Shown: one piece after another, positions 22,860 through 33,940 of the stretch | Layout of the letters: each line of letters starts with the position of its first letter | Position numbering within the stretch: the stretch's first letter is position 1 | Origin: Epiperipatus broadwayi | Lineage: Eukaryota > Animalia > Onychophora | Reading direction: 5' to 3' | Length of the DNA: 64,000 nucleotides | Assembly: GCA_028023455.1 (NCBI GenBank) | Contig: JAQFVV010000005.1 | Coordinates: 12,338,001 to 12,402,000, forward strand | Notes under the pieces: model-generated | The model's input: the letters and a program-made list of their open reading frames with translations, nothing else | The model's database searches: none | Told to the model about the DNA's origin: nothing | Program-made: the position numbers and the translations under genes

Positions 22860-23780
22860 TTTTAATTTGGCTTTTACAACAGCTTAAAAATTACTGAATA
22901 TGCAATAGTGGGCATTTAAATTTTTCACAAATAGTATTATCGCTAAATTTACACGGCAAAAGTTTTTCTGCTGCAACTAAATCAAAAAGGTTTTTTTTTC
23001 CTGTAATTCATTCTTTTATTATGACTAATAAATTTTTTGCAACAATCTTTACAGAGGAATAATGTTTCTGCTCTAAGTTCTTTTTCATATATTTGTAAAC
23101 TCTTTTGTATTAGTCATAAAATTACATGAAATGCATTTGAAAAGTTTTTCCCTAGTAATGAGTTATTTCATAACTATTAAAGGTACTTTTCAGAGTTGTT
23201 TTAAAATTACATACATTGCATACATACATTTTTGGGCAATTCTAATACCATATAAATTACACTGAAAAAAATGTGTGTCTTAAATCTTGAGATCTTCCAT
23301 GCATTATAAATGAAATCATAAAAATAGTATAATATAAATAGTTATTCTCTGTGATTACTTTAATGTAAACTTAAAATTATTTTTCTGTGCAATTGTAAAA
23401 TCACATAAGATAATTGAAGAGATTTTTCTCCTGTATGAATTCTTGCAAGCATAATTACAAAGTTTCCTTTATCTTAAACTACATGAACTGTAGTGGAAAA
23501 ACTTTCCTCCTCTATGTGTTCTTTCATCCATTATTAACCTAGATTTCCAAGCTGCATCAGAATGATTTTTTGCCTCTATGTATTTATTCTTTTTTTCTGA
23601 ATAGTTTTTTAAAATATACAAGCTATAATGAAAAGTTTTTCCCTTCATGATTTGTTTTTAAGAATGCTTGAAATATTTTTTTTTTTTTTGTACTATCGAA
23701 ATCAAAGTTTTTTTCTATAAACTTTATCTGTATAGCCTTGAAATCACAAAACTGACACATAATTTTTTTTCTGGAAAAGT
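22860..23780 (-). pseudogene. Eroded zinc-finger repeats upstream of ZF-A
   Basis: Finger and linker remnants with stops, e.g. RIHTGEKSL at 23417-23443. Confidence 0.65.
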
Positions 23781-24317
23781 TTTTCAATGACTTTAAAATA
23801 CTTATTAAAATGTTATTTACATTTTATGGTAATTTTCCAATTTTAAGCTTCACTGAAGGTTTTATTCCACATAAGTATATTCTCTACAGAATTAACAATT
23901 GATTTATTTCACCATATGCATAAATTTTTGAACTTTTGTCACAATCACATAAACAGCACTTATAAATTCCAATCCTTTATATGTTTTTTAGTCTGTTCAG
24001 TCTTCTCTTTTCTATGATTCAATTTGTCACTTAAGTCAATAAAATATATAGCATTATGGCAAAAAATTATTTATTTTATATAAATTTAGAGTGACAATTA
24101 ATTTTCAACGACACTAAATATAACAATTTTTTTTTAAAACTCACAAAATGATGATATTTCAATCACAACATAGTTTATAATAATTGATAATCTACGACAC
24201 CTGAGGACAACAAATAAAAAGGAACTCTATCACATTTAGAAAGCAGTATTGAATAAAATAAATCATAGTATAATAACAATGTCTAAATCTCAACCATGTT
24301 AGTGTAGATGTTCATAC

Positions 24318-24919
24318 CTTTCACTGCTTTACTAAATTTTCCAAGCTATATTATTTGTGTATCATCTATTGTTTTAAAACAATACTAAATAAAGATATTT
24401 TAAATCAAATAACAAATCAATAATAAAATTAAATCTATATAATCTGTATATTTTGAATGATTTTTAGCTGAGATTTCAAATATCTTAAAATTTTTAATTG
24501 AAGCCATTTTTTGAAATGATAGTAATATTTATGTAGGAGCAGAATTTTTCCATGTTATCTTAGTAGTAAATAGTATATCATGTTAGCAACATTCTCTAAA
24601 GTGATCATCTATCCATAAACAATCACTATAAATTTATTGACATTGATGATGGTGATTTTACTGCCATTCATGAATAACAGAATGAAGACTAATTATAAAA
24701 TTTATCATGATTACACCTTCACAAATTCAACTTAAGCTTCTTTGATAAGTATGAGTTGATTTTTTTAATATAAACAGTAATTAAGGAAAAGCATGAAACA
24801 AGTTATAACAGCAACAGATTTTTTGAAACTGTGACTTTTATCTGCAATACAATCACAGTGATCTCAAGAAGTTACAATAATTGTAAAATTGGAGTTTCCA
24901 GATGTGATATGATGCAAAC
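24318..24919 (-). other. Candidate non-coding 5' exon of ZF-A
   Basis: Acceptor (T)nGTAG|G at 24920 and donor AAG|GTATGA at 24317; both are conserved in the paralogue. Confidence 0.45.
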
Positions 24920-25269
24920 CTACAAAAAAAAAAAAACAATAATAAATACATGAGCAATCCTAAAAAATGTATGGATATTTGATCATAGATGTGCATTTTT
25001 ATCCACAATCATCCATAAACTCTTCTGAAGCAGCTTAATCTATTACTAAATTATCTACTTAATCGAAAAATTGAACCTGTACTACCTTTTTTCATGAACA
25101 GCAAATAATTTAACATTATTAAGAAAAATGTATCTTAAAAACAATTGTAAATAAATCTGATAGAAAACATCTGTTTAAATATAATAAACTGACAAATGAA
25201 TAGAAAAATTTAAATATATATATATTCATGCGCCTGCAATAGCCAAGATCATTTTTAACCATTTATAAA

Positions 25270-26100
25270 TCTACAAGGAAATGAATCAGTTTGTAAAGTA
25301 ATTCTATGTCTTCCTATCCATAATTTCTTCATATCAATGCAATGCTGCAAAAATTTCTTACCTCATCTATCCATGTCATTTTTGATCTTTTTATATCCAG
25401 TGTACGAATTCTATTTTCCATACACTTGAATCTTTTTTACAAATATATTTGGCCTAATACTATTTCAGCATCTCAATTGCCTGAATAACATCATAAAATC
25501 TGTTATCTCATTTATTTCACTTTCAATATATTCTGAATTCTATATCCACATGTCACTATCTGATTTGTAATGTTTTAATTGTATGTAGTCTAATCACTGC
25601 TGTTGCATTCTGATAAGTATTTTTCACAATTTGACAATATCCTGTATCAAGATAATGTTCTGAAGTTTTAATCATTTCAGAAATTTTTATAGTCAAATAC
25701 TTTTCTGTAATCTAAAAATCTAGTGAAAAAATGAGTTCATATTTATTGGTTTTCCATATATATTACTTCTAAATCCAGTGTTATTTTTTAGCACTTTATT
25801 GGTTTAAATCTACAATCTTTGGTATATATTTAATGAGCTACTTACATATTTGTCGAGTCTTAATTATTGATATCTTTTTTTTCACTTTTCTTAAATACCA
25901 ACAATACTATCTCATTCTTCCAGTCATTTGGTACATTTTATTTTTCCAATCATATGGTACATTTCACTCTACTGGCTGTGATATTTTTCTATTCTTCCAA
26001 TCATGTAGTATATTCTTGTCATTTACCAATAAGGTTTTTTAATTGTTGCTTTATTGTCCCAACTATGTAGAGCTTTTTTACTGAATTTCATTAAAAATGG
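25270..26100 (-). mobile_element. Decayed RTE remnant (RT region, internally deleted)
   Basis: PNDWKNEIVLLVFKKSEKKDINN (~25860-25930), FLDYRKVFD (~25695-25720) and WIDEVRNF (~25350-25375). Confidence 0.65.
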
Positions 26101-26532
26101 GCTATCTTTAAAAAATTTTAACAATTTAAAATGTTAAATTTCTGCAAGATATCAATTACTATTACTGCTATAGTTAACAAATTTTATTCTAGCTTTGTGT
26201 TAACATGCATTATACATTTCACTGATCAATAATCACTTCCTGAGTCAATTAATTACATTACGGCATTTAAAATGTATTTCCTATTAGCCAAAAATTAATT
26301 CAATTCTTTTTGCTTTTATTTTCATTACCATTTTGAATTTTGATATAGTATTGAGTCTATACCGAATACTTAGTGCTTTCCTGAAAGTTTGTGATGGTAT
26401 TTTAGTTGTACTTATATATTGGACTATTTCCACCATCTAATATAAATATTGAATGTCTTTAGAAAAATTTAACTTCATTTAAATATTCCAAATACATTGA
26501 ACTGTTAATAATAGCACACAGGTTAGTATATG

Positions 26533-26575
26533 CACAGCGTTTCGAGAGCTATCATTCTCCTGTCTTCTCCAGGTG
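26533..26575 (-). ncRNA. P2 hammerhead-like motif (degenerate)
   Basis: CAC CUGGAGA ...CUCUC GAAAC GCU GUG. Confidence 0.45.
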
Positions 26576-26600
26576 TTGATGGTCTGACCAGTACCATTAC

Positions 26601-26683
26601 TAGCATGGGAATCGAACTTGAACCCTTAGATTCTTGAATACTGAATTTTAAGGTAATACTCTAACCAACTGAGCCATCCTGCC
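26601..26683 (-). promoter_or_regulatory. tRNA-derived Pol III promoter (A and B boxes) inside the P2 pLTR
   Basis: GGCAGGA TGGCTCAGTTGG TTAGAGT...GTTCGATTCCC. Both boxes match consensus; the cloverleaf is not retained. Confidence 0.8.
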
Positions 26684-28523
26684 AAAGGCCACAGTCAGTA
26701 AAAATTTCATATATTTATTTATGAGGTTCCTCCTGATTTCTCCATTTTTTTCCTAAGAGCAAAGTTGATTAGTGGTTTCCATACATTATGGATTTATGGG
26801 GTTGTTTACCATTATCATGTGAGCAGCTTCTTGAAAATTTTCTTTTCTATCCAATATTTTAGTATTTTTCCAACTGGACATATGTTCATTGGTACATGCA
26901 TGGTCTACTATCTTAGACGTATTTTCTCTATTCTAATCACCAGTTTGTGTTACTGGTCTCACCAATATAAGGTCTTCCACATTCGCTGGTATTTTATGGA
27001 TGCAGTTTTTGCTTTTTAGCATTTCAAGTTTAGGCTTTGTAGTTATTAGAATTTCTTGTAGTGTGATACGGCTCCGGAAAGCTGTTCTGACATCATACTG
27101 ATTGCAGATTTCGTAATTTAGCTGTTATTTTTGGTAGATATGAATATGCTACCATAGCGATAATAATTTTTTTTATGGTTCTTTTTGTTGTCTATTTAAG
27201 ATTTTCTTAATAACAACTAAGGGATAACCATTTTTTCATAAGAGTTTGTTCTAGATAGATCTTTTCCTTTTTCAAATCACTGCTTTCTGAACAAGCTTCT
27301 TTTGCTCTGTTCCATAGTGATACCATGTTTTGTGTTTCTGGTGTGATTGAATGTATATGCTAAGTATTTTCCTATATGTGTGAATTTTCTGTAAACTACT
27401 TTTGATTTTGCAAAGAGGGTGGCATGTCAAAACAACATCTAAGAGTGCCAATATTTGTTCTTGTTCCAATTCCATTGTGAATTTAATTGAAGGGGATATG
27501 TCATTGATGTGATTTCAGAAAGTTTGTTAATAGTGTTGCATGATGTGGCCATACAACAAATGTATCATCAACATAGCAAAGCCAAACATTAGATGGATAT
27601 GGAGTAGTCTTTATGGCTGTTGTTTCAAATTTTTCCAAGTAAATATTGCTAATCATAGGTGACAATGGTGAGCCCATAGCCATTCCTTGATTTTGTTGGA
27701 AAAATTCTGTGTTATATTGAAAGTAGATTATTGTTACATAGAATATTAAAAGTTCTATTATACTATCAATAGGAAGAGTTGTTCTGAATTGTAAGTTATT
27801 ATCATCATTTAATCTTTTACTTACAATGGTGGAGCACTACTATAAACTTTCTGAAAACACATCAACAACATATCCCCATTCAATTAAATTCATAATAGAA
27901 TCAGAACAAGAACAAAAATTGGCATTCATAGATGTGCTCGTGACAAGACTTCCTCATAGCAAAATCAAACTATAGTTTACAGAAAACTCATACAGGAAAA
28001 TATTTAGCATATACATTCAATCACACCAGAACCAAAAATAGCAGACAAATTAAGAACAATCTACAATCAGTATAACATCATAACAGCTTTCCAGAGCCAT
28101 ACTACACTACAAGGAAGTCTAACATTTACAAAACCTAAGCTTGAAATACTGAAAAGTTAAAACTGCATCTATGAAATACCATGTGAATGTGGAAGAACTT
28201 ATATTTGTGAGACCAGTTGTCCCACTGAAAAATGACTGCAAGAACGACAAAGTGATGATTAGAAGGAAGAAAGTAGCAGACCATGAATGTATCAATAAAC
28301 ATATGTTCAATTGAGAAAATACAAAAAATAATGGATAGAGAAGAAAAAGTACAAAGAAAAAAATTTAAAGAAGTTGCTCATACGATAATGGTGAACAACC
28401 CCATAAATCAACCTAGTGTGACTATACATAATGTATGGAAACCACTAATCAACATTGCTCTTAGGAAAATGTGAAGAAATCAGGAGGAACTTCATAGATA
28501 AGTATATGAAATTTCTATTGACT

Positions 28524-28662
28524 GTTGGTTAGAATGTTACCTTAAAATTCAGTATTCAAGAATTTCAGGGTTCCAAGTTCAATTCCCATGCTAGTACTGC
28601 CACTAATAAGGCCAGCAATACCTGAAGAAAAGATTAGATAAACCCCTCTCAAAACATTATGC
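28524..28662 (+). other. P2 tRNA-like plus HHR cassette, degenerate copy (A box partly deleted)
   Basis: GTTGGTTAGAATGTTACC...GTTCAATTCCCATGC...CCTGAAGAA...CCTCTCAAAACATT. Confidence 0.6.
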
Positions 28663-28849
28663 ATATACTAACCTGTGTGCTATTACTAACAGTTGAATTT
28701 ATTTGGAGTATTTAAAATGAAGTTAAATTTCTCTAATGACATTCAATATTTATATTAGATAATGGAAATAGTCTAATATATAAATACAATTAAGATACCA
28801 TCATCACAAACTGTCAGGAAAACATTTGGTATATACCTTTACCAACAAT

Positions 28850-30130
28850 TTTTTTTTATTTCTTCACCTGCTTCTTTTAAGATATCGATTATAATTCCAT
28901 TATTACCTAGAGCTTTTTTCTTCTGCATAGATTTAATTACATGTCTCAATTTTTCATTTAAAATCCTAGGCAATTTCATAAGATATAAAAGTTGCAGGGT
29001 ACATTATTTTCTTATTCTTTATTGCTATACAATTCTTGGTATAACTCTTCTAAAAATGACACCATGTCTCTTTTTCAATAATACTTTTATCTTTTTTTTC
29101 TTATTGCAGAAATAAGTTTCCTACCAATCCCAAGATGTTGTTTTACACTTTCGAGACTTTTATTCTTTTCTGTAGGTATCCTTTCTAATTCACAATTACC
29201 CTTTATATCTTTTTAACACAGTTTTACAAAATTCTAGATATTTAATCCTTCTTAATGCATCAGTTTTATAAATTTTTATATTCTTTCTTCTCTTCATAAA
29301 TTGATATCTCAGTAGAAATTTTATTAGTCAATTATTACTTTCTTGTACAAGTTATCTGTTGCAATTCTTAACAGAGTATCAGCTATCTTTGTTACAATTC
29401 TTAACAGAGTATCAGATATCTACCTTGATTTTGTTCAAATCTGAATTATGTTCAACATCAGATAATATTTGAAAACAATTTGCAAGTTCTAGTTTAAATT
29501 CCTTGAAATGTTTCTAAAGATTGAGAATATCAACTGTGAATACCCTTTTTCTTAATAATTTATGACTTTCTAGTTTTGCATTGACACATATCTTATACCT
29601 CTCTAATCAATGATCATTTAGTGTTTTGAATTTATTAAAAACAATACAATCTTGAAATACATATTTTCTCTTTGTCAAAATATTCAATTCTGCTGCCCTT
29701 TCATTTGGATACTTCCATATCTACTTCCATTTAGCATTTCTCTCTCAAAAAAAAATCATAGTATAAAGTTTTTCTTTTTTTATGAAACTCTTTCATTTCT
29801 ATCATCATAACCGAATTTATCCACAATACCTTCATCTTTCAAAGTTTTACTAATTTTAGCATTAAAGTCTCCCATCATGACATTTAAAAATATTGTTTGG
29901 TCTGATCAAAAGCCTTTTGTACCTCGACATAGAAAATCCTCTATTTCATCATGAGTCTGTTGGGACATAAACCTGAATTATCTGCATTTAGTACCTACCA
30001 TAAGTTAAATAATTTATATATATTAAAATAGATCTATTTTGCATAAAGGCTCAAAAATTTTAATTTTGCTGTTGTATACCAACATCATTGCATATTACCA
30101 GTACCAACTGAATATACAAGAAACAAAATT
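28850..30130 (-). mobile_element. Decayed RTE remnant (endonuclease to start of RT)
   Basis: MMGDFNAK (~29855-29880) and MQKKKALGNNGIIIDILKEAGE (~28865-28930). Confidence 0.7.
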
Positions 30131-31650
30131 AGAAAGGGAAACAAAATATAGATAAAAATATAACGAAACAGAAAATAAGGAAAAATGTTTTACGAAAATA
30201 TGAAAAGTATAATCAATACATTAAAAAAATATATCAATTTTCGCACTTTATATTTGCTATTTGCAAGGCCGCTTTAAATTTGCGATTGGCTAACTGACAA
30301 TGGAAGTAACGATAGAGAAATCGCAAATTTTAATACTGCTTCTTAATAAGGTCATTTGGCAACCTAATGAAATTAGATGTAAAAGAGAAAGGTTAAAAGC
30401 TTCGTTTAGAATATACATTTACATATCTTCAACAATGTTTTATTATGAAACACAATATACTGCAAGCAAAATAAATCAAGCAATTCAATAATTCTAATAA
30501 ATAAAAAAACCGTGTTTTAATTTTTAAGGAAAACTTTAACTTTAAATTACGTTTCTTTGTATTCGCTACGTCGTATTATCCATATTAATTAATCAACATA
30601 TATAGCACTAATCAAGTTTATTTTTAAAATAATATTATATTAAATGGAACCATACATAAGAAATATATTTATTTGTAGAATATAAAAATAGAATATACCT
30701 TAGTTTTATTATTGATAGATAACAACGTAAACACAATATTATCAATTTTTTAAGTGGTGGCGTGACTCACAATAGAAGCAACCACATGTGATCCTCAAAC
30801 GAGATTTTAAAAAATTATTGACACTGGTTTCGATTATTCCTTTTTTTTTAATTTTATTTATTGTTGTCTAGAAATTTTGTGTAAGGTTCTATCATACTAC
30901 CACATATATTTGGTAAAACTGACTTTTAGCGTCCCGAACTATATTTGTTATGTATATTGTGTTGAAATGGACTAATATATTTATTAAACTATGGTAATAC
31001 TGTCACCAAAATGTAGCCTAATGTTTATGTTAATTATATTTTAAAACATATTCATATTCTCCATATACTTACATGATTAAAATTTATATATACAAAAGTC
31101 ATAGGTAAATCCTAAATATAAGTTTTCACGCTAAAAGAAAATGATCTATAATTTCTTTTTGTCACATTTTTAATATTTTTGCCCCCAAAATCAAACTGCG
31201 AAGCTAAATTTTGGAACCTTAAAGGACAGAAATAACTCAGGTTTTGTAGAAATAAATGTTTATTTACCTTTGTGAGATAGAGTTTCTAATTCACAAGTGC
31301 CCTAGACTTTATCTATTTTTCTATTATGCTTATGATATAATTTTATTTTACTGTAATGATATTCTATTTCAATTTTAAAATTCCTTCTATTATTCTGTAT
31401 TTTTATATTGGACTATTTCCATCATTTAATATGTGTGTTGAATGTCTTTAGAAAAGTTTAATTTTTAGTTAAATATTCCAAATGCATTCAACTGTTAGTA
31501 ATATCACAACAAACAGGTTAGTATATGCACTAACTGTTAGTAATATCACAGCAAACAGGTTAGTATACATTACCTTAAATTTCAATAATCAAGAATCTAA
31601 GGACCCAGGTTCGAATCCCATGCTAGTACTGTCACTAGTCAGGCCAGCAA

Positions 31651-31693
31651 CACCTGAAGAAGAGGGGAGAAAAATACCTCTCGAAACATTGCG
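31651..31693 (+). ncRNA. P2 hammerhead-like motif
   Basis: CAC CUGAAGA A GAGGGG AGAAAAAUA CCUCUC GAAAC AUU GCG. Confidence 0.55.
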
Positions 31694-31885
31694 CGTATAC
31701 TAACCTGTTTGCTGTGATATTACTAACAGTTAGTGCATATACTAACCTGTTTGCTGTGATATTACTAACAGTTAGTGCATATACTAACCTGTTTGCTGTG
31801 ATATTATTAACATTTGTTTGCTGTGATATTACTAACAGTTGGTGCATATACTAACCTGTTTGCTGTGATATTACTAACAGTTGAA
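31694..31885 (+). repeat. 42-bp tandem minisatellite (~4.5 units, one irregular)
   Basis: Unit GCATATACTAACCTGTTTGCTGTGATATTACTAACAGTTAGT. It explains the 14-aa repeat ORFs at 31482-31703 and 31635-31847. Confidence 0.95.
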
Positions 31886-32656
31886 TGCATTTGGAATATT
31901 TAACTAAAAATTAAACTTTTCTAAAGACATTCAACACACATATTAGATGATGGAAATAGTCCAATATAAAAATACAGCTAGAACACCATCATCACAAACC
32001 TTCAGAAAAACACTTCTATTATTCTGTTTATATATTGCAGCAAATTTTACTATTTAAATTATTATGCAGACCTGGACTATTTTATAAAAATATATTATGA
32101 CTATATTTATAAAGTAAAAACTAAGGCAGTGATATTAATTACAATTAGCAAGATTTTTTTTAAATGTAATAGTATATCCATGTAAACAATGTTAAGCACT
32201 CTTTATCACAAACAAGCAGTGATTTTAACAATATACATAATGTACATATAAGAAATAAAACTAACATGAACAATAAATACAAACAATTTGCAAGAAAGTA
32301 ATGCTACTGACTTTAACTTTTATAAATTAATCACTTTATATTAGTCTGTGAACTTGATCATTATAAGAATTCAAAAATAATTACATAGATAATTGTGGAT
32401 AACAAATTAGGCTAATCAAGGAAAAATTGGGTAGTCATTATTTTTCATTAGCGAGAGCGCCATCAAGTGAACAGTACGGTCATTGATACTATTACCAAAA
32501 TAATTTTTTTAAAAAAGTATTTAATTGAATAATAGACTATGACTACAAACATAGTGGAATAGAAAAATTTTACAATATGTAAAGTTAATAGATGAGAAAT
32601 TTTCATTTAAAAAAAATGTGTAAAAAATATTAGTCCAATTCCGGGTTGTCATAGTG

Positions 32657-33013
32657 CAGGGGTCCCCAACCTTTTTGCACTTAAGAGCACATTCTATAAT
32701 ATGGCCAGGTTGCGGGCACCATTTATTTTTTCAATGTAAATTTATAGTTGGATATTGTTAATACATATAATGTACAAAAAAGTATTTCAAAAAGTAAAAT
32801 TTTAACATATAATTAACATTTATATTTTTACGCTGTGAAAGTTTAGTATGCCCTACAATTTGATTACAATATAATACAATAATTTATAAGAAATTTTAAA
32901 AATTAAATTTATTTGTATCAGATAAATAATTTTTTATCATGTTCAGATAGCGGTGGGCACACGTAAAATAGTCTGCAGGCACCATGATGCCCGCGGACAT
33001 AGGGTTGGGGACC
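32657..33013. mobile_element. hAT-type MITE
   Basis: TIRs CAGGGGTCCCCAACC / GGTTGGGGACC (right end lacks the terminal 4 nt); 8-bp TSD TCATAGTG at 32649-32656 and 33014-33021. Confidence 0.88.
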
Positions 33014-33789
33014 TCATAGTGCATAAGGAAATTGGTTACAGACAAAAGAATTGAAAAAAAGGATATTTTACATTAAACTTACTTTCATAGTAGTGTTGTG
33101 CTTTTCAAGCATTGCCTAACAATTAAATATGTATTTATATTTCTCTTTTAAATTTAAAATTTAAAAATGGAGCTATGCCATCTATAAACACAAATTGACA
33201 TGCATTAATCCAAACATACCTTTCTTTTATGTACTTCAATACAAAGATATTTGATGTAAATATGATAAAATTTTACTTTAAATTCATCAAATTATATATT
33301 TCTATCAGTTTTCTTAGTATTTTAATATTTGCAACTATACATAGGTCCATATGCCATTGTGTTTTTAACATTGAAATAAAATACTGTATTTCACATACAA
33401 TTGGCATGAACCCTGTGATAGCCTGAGGTCCTTACGTCTTGAGTAGAACAAAAAACAAAATAAGTTGATTAAAGAAGTAGTAGTTTTGTAAAACTGATAT
33501 AAATAAAAAAATTAAAGTTTATAAAGTTCTATAAGCATAAAAAAATATATAAAATATAAATGCATTCTGATAATCGTAGAAATAGTTTTATTTGTATTTT
33601 TATATTGGACTATTTCCATCATCTAATATGTGTGTTGAATGTCTTTAGAAAAGTTTAATTTATTTAAATATTCCAAATGCATTCAACTGTTAGTAATATC
33701 ATAGCAAACAGGTTAGTATATGCACCAACTGTTAGTAATATCACAGCAAACAAATGTTAATAATATCACAGCAAACAGGTTAGTATATG

Positions 33790-33832
33790 CACAACGTTTC
33801 AAGAGGTATTTTTCTCCCCTCTTCTTCAGGTG
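33790..33832 (-). ncRNA. P2 hammerhead motif, best-preserved copy
   Basis: CAC CUGAAGA A GAGGGG AGAAAAAUA CCUCUU GAAAC GUU GUG, with palindromic AACGUU stem III; the N17 position is U. Confidence 0.6.
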
Positions 33833-33857
33833 TTGCTGGCCTGACCAGTGACAGTAC

Positions 33858-33940
33858 TAGCATGGGATTTGAACCTGGGTCCTTAGATTTTTGATTATTG
33901 AAATTTAAGGTAACGCTCTAACCAAATGAGCCATCCTGCC
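33858..33940 (-). promoter_or_regulatory. tRNA-derived head (A and B boxes) starting ~30 nt after the P2 ORF stop
   Basis: GGCAGGATGGCTCATTTGGTTAGAGCGTTA...ATCTAAGGACCCAGGTTCAAATCCC; the D-arm GCTC/GAGC is intact. Confidence 0.8.

Larger units (their letters stand above)
19250..25220. repeat. Segmental duplication copy 1 (direct repeat of ~55670-62190)
   Basis: Colinear similarity across 3' flank, ORF and 5' flank (e.g. AAAGCAACCATATTATAGCTGCAAATG ~19838 vs AAAGCAGCCATATTATAGTTGCAAATG ~56118; CTGTTTAAATATAATAAACTGA ~25172 vs ~62146). Confidence 0.9.
26357..28838. mobile_element. Penelope-like element family P2, inverted composite (minus copy ~26357-27835, plus copy ~27840-28838)
   Basis: Minus strand: MAMGSPLSP..YVDDTF. 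Plus strand: thumb KLAFIDVLV and GIY-YIG NCIYEIPCECGRTYICET (28161-28217). The terminal non-coding parts are reverse complements of each other. Confidence 0.88.
31399..32012 (+). mobile_element. Non-autonomous palindromic P2 derivative with 15-bp TSD
   Basis: Inverted 3' end (31399-31566), then B box, HHR, 42-bp array and 3' end. CTTCTATTATTCTGT occurs at 31384-31398 and 32013-32027. Confidence 0.88.

Noticed and set aside
25270-30130. Single RTE split by the P2 insertion
   Set aside because: Both sides contain their own KKAL(G) region at the RT start, so they are two separate remnants.
31694-31885. CRISPR-like array
   Set aside because: The units are contiguous 42-mers with no unique spacers, the context is eukaryotic, and there are no cas genes.
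33858-33940. Functional tRNA gene with intron
   Set aside because: Acceptor and T stems do not pair, and every copy sits inside a retroelement. Only the promoter boxes and D-arm survive.
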